A stretch of 31,718 nt of DNA from positions 1 through 31,718 of the IMG/VR virus record IMGVR_UViG_3300032303_000243; one strand, given 5' to 3'. The notes below the pieces were generated by a model. The model was not told the origin of the DNA, made no database searches, and was given only the letters and a program-made list of their open reading frames with translations. Both the position numbers and the translations under genes were made by a program. This DNA is from a virus (taxonomy: Duplodnaviria > Caudoviricetes). This document shows positions 25,044 to 31,718 of the stretch, one piece after another (position 1 is the first letter of the stretch; every line of letters starts with the position of its first letter).

Positions 25044-25232
25044 ATGAAGTTTCGTAGCGTTGAAGCACGCACATACCCGACGCTTGGCCTGACACTTGAG
25101 GCTGGTGCCGTGGTAGATTTGCCAGACGAAACAAGCGTGGCGGGGCTTGTAGTAGACAACACTAAGACGACAGCGAAGGCTGTTGATCCGGCTCCTGTGG
25201 AAGTGAGTGACAATGGCTCTGCCCCGCTCTAG
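25044..25232 (+). CDS. Small hypothetical virion-region protein
   Basis: AGGA RBS; fills the gap before the tail tube gene. Confidence 0.55.
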   Translation: MKFRSVEARTYPTLGLTLEAGAVVDLPDETSVAGLVVDNTKTTAKAVDPAPVEVSDNGSAPL

Positions 25233-26208
25233 GTCATATCTAGGTATCGCTAAGGAGACCCGCCCCGCGCCGGGTTCGTCCCCGTCAGCGGTCGCCGCTA
25301 CCGACTACATCCCTTACACCTCCATCACGCCGTTTGACAACGTGAAGTACCTTGATGACAAGGGTATGCGTGGGTCAATGGTTGATGAGTACGGTGTCAT
25401 TCAGGGCAACATTTACAGCGAGTTCGATTTCGCTGGCGATGTGTTCGCGGATACCGTTGGCTACATTTACGGTGGCGTTCTTGGTGATGTTGCTACGACC
25501 GGCACGGGTGCCCCGTACACGCACACCATCGCTACTTTGAACTCGCAGGCCAGCAACGGCCAGCCGACCACGTTTACCCTGTCGGACTACTACAGCCTTG
25601 GGTCATCTTCAACGCGCCAGTTCGCGGGTGTGCAGTTCGCCAGCATTGACACGAAGTTCTCCGCTGACGCACTTGTCACCTACACCGCTAAGGGAATGGG
25701 TTTCCAGTCTGCGACTGCCGCTAATCCCACCCCGTCGTTCTCTGCGGTGACCCCGCAGGCCGGTTGGACCGGCACCGTTACTCTCGCGGGTTCGGTTACG
25801 GCAACGCTTGCTGAGGGCAACGTGAACATCACGCGCCCTGTTACCCCGATCTTCACGGTTGACGGAACTCAGTCCCCGTATCAGTTGTTTGCCGGTCCTG
25901 TTACCGCTGAGGGTTCGCTGCTGCTTGTGTTCGAATCAGACACACAGTTGAACTACTACTTGCAGAACACTCAGCCGTCGCTGGCAGTTGATTTCCAGTC
26001 GGGCACGGGTGCGTCGCTGGTTGAAGTCAAGTTCAACATGACTAAGTGTGCGTTCACGGTTGCGAAGATTGAGCGCAGCAAGGACTACATTGAACTTAAC
26101 GTCAACTACAAGGCGATTGCTAACACGACGGATGCTGGAGCGTCCTCGGGTTACTCACCGCTGAAGGTCACGTTGAAGAACGCTAAGGCTTCAGGTACTT
26201 ACGCCTAA
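25213..26208 (+). CDS. Major tail (tube) protein
   Basis: YLGIAKET N-terminus, PYTHT motif, Thr/Ser-rich beta content, biased codons. Confidence 0.82.
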   Translation: MALPRSRSYLGIAKETRPAPGSSPSAVAATDYIPYTSITPFDNVKYLDDKGMRGSMVDEYGVIQGNIYSEFDFAGDVFADTVGYIYGGVLGDVATTGTGAPYTHTIATLNSQASNGQPTTFTLSDYYSLGSSSTRQFAGVQFASIDTKFSADALVTYTAKGMGFQSATAANPTPSFSAVTPQAGWTGTVTLAGSVTATLAEGNVNITRPVTPIFTVDGTQSPYQLFAGPVTAEGSLLLVFESDTQLNYYLQNTQPSLAVDFQSGTGASLVEVKFNMTKCAFTVAKIERSKDYIELNVNYKAIANTTDAGASSGYSPLKVTLKNAKASGTYA

Positions 26209-26227
26209 AAAGAAAGGTTGACGGGAT

Positions 26228-26593
26228 ATGGCTAAGCAGGATGTTGTTGGCGGCTGGATTGACTTGCGTGACCCTAAGGCTGTGCCTGAGAGGATGCGTA
26301 GGCCGATTCTGGCGCGTGCTACGACGATGCAGCGTAAGGCGCAGGAGTTGGAGAGCGGGGAAGCCGACGATAACGTTGTGCTGTCTTTGTATGAGTTCAA
26401 TGATCTTGTTGCTGTTGCTCTGATTGAGGCGTGGTCGTTTGGTGACACGGTTTCGGTTGAGGGTCTTACTGATTTGCCGTCTGGCGTGTATGACCAGATT
26501 CAGAAGATTACGGCTCCGATGATTGTTGATTTGATGCCGTCTTTTGAGGTTGATCCTGACCCCGATTCCCCTACCGTGCCCTCCGTCGAATAG
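26228..26593 (+). CDS. Tail assembly chaperone (gpG-like)
   Basis: After the tail tube gene; LI.AWSF and DPDPDSPT end. Confidence 0.75.
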   Translation: MAKQDVVGGWIDLRDPKAVPERMRRPILARATTMQRKAQELESGEADDNVVLSLYEFNDLVAVALIEAWSFGDTVSVEGLTDLPSGVYDQIQKITAPMIVDLMPSFEVDPDPDSPTVPSVE

Positions 26594-26784
26594 CGTGGGT
26601 ATTTGAGGGAGGGAAGTCCGATGGTAAGGCTCCGTTACCTGAGGAGGCTAGGGATTATTTGTTGGCGTCTAAGTTTGGTTGGACGTTTCAGCAGATTCAG
26701 GAGCAGCCTGCTGTTTGGTTAGACTGGATGTTGCAGATAGACGGGATCGCGTTAGAGGCTCAGCAGAAAAGGACCGACCCGTGA
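26560..26784 (+). CDS. Tail assembly chaperone -1 frameshift extension (gpT-like)
   Basis: -1 frame is open 26560-26784 with no good start: ..LRRIAWVFEGG..YLLASKFGWTFQQIQEQPAVWLDWMLQID.. Confidence 0.7.
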   Translation, partial: PRFPYRALRRIAWVFEGGKSDGKAPLPEEARDYLLASKFGWTFQQIQEQPAVWLDWMLQIDGIALEAQQKRTDP

Positions 26785-27224
26785 CGATTCGGATTGACAC
26801 AGAGCATACGGATGATGCTTTGCGTCGAATGATGGAAGCCGTCACAGGCGATGAGCAACGACAGGCTTTGCGTAAGGCTGCGATGGTGGTCAACCGGAAG
26901 ATGAAACAGAAGTTGACCCAGATGGGTAGGCACGAGAAAGGGACACCCACCCCGTCGAAGGCTGGTGCAGGTAACCCCCCCGCGATTGTCAATGATGAAC
27001 TGCGGAACAGCGTCAAGACGTATCCGGTACAAAAAGGATTCAAGGGTTATGAAGTCCTTGTTGGGCCGACGAAGATTTATGCGCGTGTGCAAGAACTTGG
27101 CGGTGGGCCAAGCAATCTCGCGCCTCGTCCTTATGTGCGTCCAACTATGGAAGAATCTAAGGATGATGTACGCAAACTCTTTATCAACGAGTTGCGTTCA
27201 ATCATTGCTAGGTCTGGTAGGTAG
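26781..27224 (+). CDS. HK97 gp10-like neck/tail completion protein
   Basis: PPA....LRNSV, VGPTKIYARVQELGG, PRPYVRPT; GTGA coupling to the gpT-like frame. Confidence 0.78.
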   Translation: MTIRIDTEHTDDALRRMMEAVTGDEQRQALRKAAMVVNRKMKQKLTQMGRHEKGTPTPSKAGAGNPPAIVNDELRNSVKTYPVQKGFKGYEVLVGPTKIYARVQELGGGPSNLAPRPYVRPTMEESKDDVRKLFINELRSIIARSGR

Positions 27225-27226
27225 CC

Positions 27227-30200
27227 GTGGCTGATCTGCCCCCGATTGGTGTAGTTCTTACCGCTGATACAAGAGATTTTGATAAGGGTATGCGTCATGC
27301 CCGTAGTGGACTGAAAGACCTTGATGATTCGACTTCTTCTTCTATTAAGTCGCATAAGAGTCATGCGTTGGCGTTTGCTGCTGTGGGTGCGGCTGCTGTT
27401 GGTGCGGCTGTTGCGGTAACAGATTTTATTGGTTCGTCTATTAAGTCGGCGCAAGAAGCACAGGTTGCTGATGCTCGTCTTGGGCAGATTGCTAAGCAGA
27501 TGGGTTTTGTGACTGGCGCTTATGCCGGTGGCATCGAACGCATGAACGAATACTCAACAACTCTAATGAAGCAGATTGGTGTTGATGATGAGTCGATCAA
27601 GTTGGTTCAAGCAAAACTTTTGACGTTCAAGAATCTTGGTAAGACCATGAATGAAATGGGTGGCATGTTTGATCGTGCTACTCAGGCTGCGTATGACCTT
27701 GCGGCTTCTGGTTTTGGTGAAGCGGCCTCTAATGCTACGGCTTTGGGTAAGGCGCTCCAAGATCCGGTGGGAAGTCTTGGCGCATTGAAGCGCATGGGTG
27801 TAACGCTTACTGAATCGGAAAAAGACAGAATAAAGCAGTTGGTTAAGTCCAATGAAATGGGCAAAGCGCAAGAGATGGTCATGAAGGCCATTGAGACGCA
27901 GATGGGTGGAACTGCTGCCGCGACTGCTACTAGCACACAGAAAATGGCTGTTTCGTTCGGTGAGTTGAAAGAAAGTATTGGTACAGCGTTTCTACCGACG
28001 TTGAACAAACTTGCGGAAACGCTAATGCCGATTATTGAAAAGTTGCAGGGGCCGTTAACGAAGGTGGCTGCTTCTCTTGGTGATGCTTTGGGTAAGGCAT
28101 TTGATGCACTTGCTCCGGTGTTGCCTGTTATCGCTGAAGCCTTGGGAACAGTTGCGGGTGTGTTGGGTGGCGTTCTCGCTACAGCGATTACCGCACTTGT
28201 TCCTGTTATCACCCCGATGGTGCAGACATTAGGAACTCTTGCGACGGCTATTGGTCCGATTCTTTCACCGTTGCTTCAGAAGATCGGCACGTTGTTTTCT
28301 ACGTTGCTTCAAACTCTCATGCCGTTGATTACTCCATTGACTACTCTTGTGTTGTCGATTCTGAACGCGGCTGGTCCGATCCTTGGCGTTGTTGTGGATG
28401 CTCTTACACAACTTGTGGGGGCGTTGGCTCCGGTGTTCGCTGCTGTCGGTATGTTGATTGCTCCGCTGGGGCAACTTATCAACGTACTGTTTAAGGCGAT
28501 CATGCCTATTCTGCAACCGCTTCTTCCTGTTATTACCGTGTTGGCAAACATTCTCGGTGATGTGTTGACTCGCGCTATCGGCACGCTGATGCTGTCTATG
28601 GGTGTGATGCTGCAAGCGTGGGGGAAGATCGCCCCATTCCTGCTGGATAACGTCGTTGCGCCTGTTGTCAATATTTGGTTGACGATGGTGTCAAAGATCG
28701 TTGATGGTGCGGCGGCGATGTTCTCTTGGGTGCCGGACCTTAACGACAAGTTGAAGGGCGCTTCTGCGGCTGTTGCCACGTTCCGTGATGACGCAACGAA
28801 GGCTATTCGTGAAGCCGGTGCGACTGTTGGGAAGGAGGGTGAAAAACTTGGTAAGTCCATGATGGATAACGGGCTTGCCGCTATTAAGGACCCGGCGAGC
28901 GTGATGAAGGCTCAGCAGGCCGGTATGGGTGTTGGAACCGCGATGGTTACGGGTATGGCTAAGGGCATTACGGATCATCAAGCAACGTTGAGTGCATCGG
29001 CTCGTCAGTCGGTGTTTGCTGCTGAGGCTGCTGCCCGTGACGCGGCGCAATCTAAGTCACCATCGAAACTGTTTGCCATGCTCGGTGGTGATTTGGTTGA
29101 CGGCATTGTTAAGGGCATGGAGGACAAGAAGAACAAGTTGAAGGATGCGGCGAAGCAGCAGATTGAGGCTGCCGCTGACGGACTTAAAACGGCTATGTCT
29201 AACATGAAGGATTTTGGGCAGGGTATCGCGGATACCATGTTTGGTTGGTTGTCGTATTCGGATTCGTTGGACAAGTTTACGGAACGGCAGAAAGCGGCTG
29301 CTGACACTCTCGCGGAGTTAACGAAATATCAAGCATCTTTGACAGCGGAAGCAACGGATGATCAGAAGGCGAAACTTCTGGAGTTGCAGGACGCTTACCA
29401 GAAGGCTCAGGCTACAGCGGCTTCCGGTTCACAGAACGTCGTTGAGGAGTTCCTGAAGTCGTCTCAGGGTTTCGCCGCGTTCGGTGACAAGATGATGCAA
29501 CTGTTGAAGATGGGCTTGAACAAGGAATCGTTCAAGCAGATTTTCGATATGGGTGCGGAGCGTGGCGGTCAGGTCGCTGACGCTTACTTGAACGGAAACA
29601 CGCGCCAGTTAATTACGCAGACTAACGCGACCGTGGGGCGTTACGCCGATCTTGCGCGAGTGATCGGTGAGGACTCTGCTACCGCGTTTGACGGTGCTGG
29701 CGTGAAGGCTGCTATCGCCACGATGGAAGGCATTATTAAGGAGTTCATGCCGTCCGGTAAGAAGCGTAAGCAGTTGATGAACGTTCTGGACGAGTTGGCT
29801 AATGGCATGTCTCGTACCTCGTATGTGAACGTGGTGACAAAGTTTTCTTCTGAGGGTGTGGCGTCTACGCCGGAGGCTGCTGCTGCGGGTGCTGCCGCTA
29901 CGGAAGTTGCTCAAAGTATCGTGCAACAGGTTTCTCAGTTAAGCGCGGGAATGATTCTTGGTAGCGCGTATGACGCGGATACTGCTCGCCGTATCGCTAT
30001 GCGAGGGTTTGCGACTGGTGGTTATGTGTCGTCTACCGCTCCTGCGTTGGTTCATGCTGGAGAGTTTGTGTTGTCGCGTGACATGCTCGGCGGTAAGCAG
30101 TCGATTCCGCGTGAAGTGCAACGCGCCGTGACCACTAATAACATGACGACGAATCAGCCTATTACCGTTAACGCTGTGTCTAACGCCGACCCGTTCCTTA

Positions 30201-30241
30201 TCAGCCGCGAAATCGCGTGGGCTATTAGGACAGGTGTGTAA
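27227..30241 (+). CDS. Tape measure protein
   Basis: 1004 aa, Ala/Gly-rich helical, LGKALQDP, Pro/Leu periodic central region, SPSKLF, FATGG..HAGEFVL. Confidence 0.93.
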   Translation: MADLPPIGVVLTADTRDFDKGMRHARSGLKDLDDSTSSSIKSHKSHALAFAAVGAAAVGAAVAVTDFIGSSIKSAQEAQVADARLGQIAKQMGFVTGAYAGGIERMNEYSTTLMKQIGVDDESIKLVQAKLLTFKNLGKTMNEMGGMFDRATQAAYDLAASGFGEAASNATALGKALQDPVGSLGALKRMGVTLTESEKDRIKQLVKSNEMGKAQEMVMKAIETQMGGTAAATATSTQKMAVSFGELKESIGTAFLPTLNKLAETLMPIIEKLQGPLTKVAASLGDALGKAFDALAPVLPVIAEALGTVAGVLGGVLATAITALVPVITPMVQTLGTLATAIGPILSPLLQKIGTLFSTLLQTLMPLITPLTTLVLSILNAAGPILGVVVDALTQLVGALAPVFAAVGMLIAPLGQLINVLFKAIMPILQPLLPVITVLANILGDVLTRAIGTLMLSMGVMLQAWGKIAPFLLDNVVAPVVNIWLTMVSKIVDGAAAMFSWVPDLNDKLKGASAAVATFRDDATKAIREAGATVGKEGEKLGKSMMDNGLAAIKDPASVMKAQQAGMGVGTAMVTGMAKGITDHQATLSASARQSVFAAEAAARDAAQSKSPSKLFAMLGGDLVDGIVKGMEDKKNKLKDAAKQQIEAAADGLKTAMSNMKDFGQGIADTMFGWLSYSDSLDKFTERQKAAADTLAELTKYQASLTAEATDDQKAKLLELQDAYQKAQATAASGSQNVVEEFLKSSQGFAAFGDKMMQLLKMGLNKESFKQIFDMGAERGGQVADAYLNGNTRQLITQTNATVGRYADLARVIGEDSATAFDGAGVKAAIATMEGIIKEFMPSGKKRKQLMNVLDELANGMSRTSYVNVVTKFSSEGVASTPEAAAAGAAATEVAQSIVQQVSQLSAGMILGSAYDADTARRIAMRGFATGGYVSSTAPALVHAGEFVLSRDMLGGKQSIPREVQRAVTTNNMTTNQPITVNAVSNADPFLISREIAWAIRTGV

Positions 30242-31101
30242 TGGCGACTCCTACAGCAAACTATATTTTCGCGTTTAACGGTTTCTTGTTCGGTGGGCCG
30301 GGTCAAGGTGTGCAAGTTCTTGAAGTGGACGGTCTTGAGGGTTTACCGGATTTGCGTATTCAGGATGATTCCCGTGGCTATCAAGACGGCATGTTTACGG
30401 GTCGTGACTTCCTGAACGGTCGTTACGTTAGTTTCCGTTTGCAGATTATGAATGATTCTGCTAACACGATGCAGACGTATTTAGCGCAGTTGAAGGCGAA
30501 TCTTGTTCCTCAGCAGCAGGGCACGGGTGTTCTGCAAATGTATTTGCCGGGGCGAGGTTTGCAGCGGTTGAACGCTCGTGTCCGTAAGCGTGCTTTGAGA
30601 CTTGATCCTGAGTATGTGTACGGGCGGTCTGAGGCTCAGGTGGAGTTCTTCTGCCCTGACCCGCGTATCTATGACGATACTCAAACGGTTGTGGCGTTGA
30701 ATCCGACGAGCGCGGTGGGACGTACCTACAACCGCGTCTACCCGCTTCTTTATAACAATGTTGGTTCTGGTGGCACGGGTTCAGCGGCAGTAACGAACAG
30801 CGGTAACGTGACGGTGTTCCCGACGTTCACGCTTAATGGTGCGATGACGAATCCGATTATCGTGAATAGTTCTACGGGTCAGTTCTTGTCGTTGAACATT
30901 ACGACTTCCGCTACGGACACGATTGTTCTTGATCCTGACCTTAGAAGCATTACCTATAACGGTAATCCGGCGCGGAACCTTCTCGTTAACGGAAGTCAAT
31001 GGTTCGGGCTACCCGCAGGAACGACAACTATTGGTATCATCTCCTCAACCGCGTCCACCGCTTCATCGCTGGTCATCGCATATCGGAATGGATATATCTA
31101 A
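30241..31101 (+). CDS. Distal tail (Dit-like) minor tail protein
   Basis: Immediately after the tape measure gene; FFCPDPRIY, NSGN...P, PAG..I motifs. Confidence 0.8.
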   Translation: MATPTANYIFAFNGFLFGGPGQGVQVLEVDGLEGLPDLRIQDDSRGYQDGMFTGRDFLNGRYVSFRLQIMNDSANTMQTYLAQLKANLVPQQQGTGVLQMYLPGRGLQRLNARVRKRALRLDPEYVYGRSEAQVEFFCPDPRIYDDTQTVVALNPTSAVGRTYNRVYPLLYNNVGSGGTGSAAVTNSGNVTVFPTFTLNGAMTNPIIVNSSTGQFLSLNITTSATDTIVLDPDLRSITYNGNPARNLLVNGSQWFGLPAGTTTIGIISSTASTASSLVIAYRNGYI

Positions 31102-31656
31102 ATGACGCTACGGACTCCACCGCTTTACTTGCAGGCTGGTTCTCACTCGGCTGAGAATGACCGGCTTGGGCTTTACGGTTTGGTGGGGACGCAGGGTGTG
31201 GGGCCGTTGACGCAGTTGAAGGTGTCGCAGTCGGGTACTCCGGCTATGACGGTTTCTGTTGCGGCTGGTTGGGCGTGGATTCTGGGTACGACGACTGCTA
31301 CGCAGGGCATGTATTCGTTGTATAACGATGCTGCGGTGACGTTGACGATTGCTACGGCTCCGACGGTAAATACTCGTATTGATCTTGTGTGTTTGACGGT
31401 TCGTGATGCGGCGTATTCGGGTGCGTCGAATGACTGTTTGTTGCAGGTTGTTACGGGTACGGCTGCGGCTTCTCCGTCGGTGCCGACGCTTCCGGCTTCG
31501 TCTTTGTCGTTGGCGACGGTTCTTGTGGGTACGAATGTTACGTCGATTGTTAATGCGAATATTACTGATACTCGGGTGTATGCGGCGTTGTCTATGGCGG
31601 CTTCTTCTTCGGGTGGCGCGAGTTATGCTGACATTCTAATGCTGGGAGGCATGTAA
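31102..31656 (+). CDS. Minor tail protein
   Basis: MTVSVAAG.A, RIDLVC, VVTGTAAASP..P, LATVLV, ITDTR pattern of actinophage tail proteins. Confidence 0.75.
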   Translation: MTLRTPPLYLQAGSHSAENDRLGLYGLVGTQGVGPLTQLKVSQSGTPAMTVSVAAGWAWILGTTTATQGMYSLYNDAAVTLTIATAPTVNTRIDLVCLTVRDAAYSGASNDCLLQVVTGTAAASPSVPTLPASSLSLATVLVGTNVTSIVNANITDTRVYAALSMAASSSGGASYADILMLGGM

Positions 31657-31659
31657 CAA

Positions 31660-31718
31660 ATGGCGACTACGACTATTAAGCGGCTTGGGGCTATTGCTTC
31701 GTCGGGTGTGATTGGTAC
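31660..31718 (+). CDS. Tail-region ORF, 3'-truncated
   Basis: GGAGG upstream, ATG 31660, open to the window end. Confidence 0.5.
   Translation, partial: MATTTIKRLGAIASSGVIG

Noticed and set aside
26679-26780. Track extension of the gp10-like ORF
   Set aside because: Overlaps the gpT-like frame; GTG 26781 is coupled to its stop
27563-30121. Many minus-strand ORFs opposite the tape measure and other long genes
   Set aside because: Shadow ORFs from codon bias; no motifs or RBS
1-31718. tRNA, integrase, reverse transcriptase or RtcB gene
   Set aside because: No recognisable cloverleaf or motifs in the window; any RNA ligase would have to be host-encoded or outside the window

Overview
Most of a tailed (siphovirus-like) phage genome, probably infecting Actinobacteria (WhiB, M15 lysin, mycobacteriophage-like tail genes). 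The window opens and closes inside the tail-tip module, so it looks circularly permuted and nearly complete. Gene order: tail tip, lysis, glycosyltransferase, divergent SLT/whiB, early region, recombination/replication (Rad52-like, Cas4-like, Rep, RusA, HNH, SSB), ParB-TET/JBP-FkbM module, terminase, portal, MuF-ADP-ribosyltransferase, head, tail. No integrase or clear repressor is visible. The standout is an RNA layer that ORF calling misses. (1) Five type II hammerhead ribozymes (3922-7014) sit between early genes and would cut the early transcript into hairpin-capped units. (2) Nine early/replication genes share an atypical AAGGGT ribosome-binding motif. (3) A strong non-coding hairpin at the early-to-late boundary (12232-12277) displays the reverse complement of that motif in its loop, suggesting a small RNA that shuts off early translation. 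Protein calls rest on motif recognition and synteny only; no searches were run.
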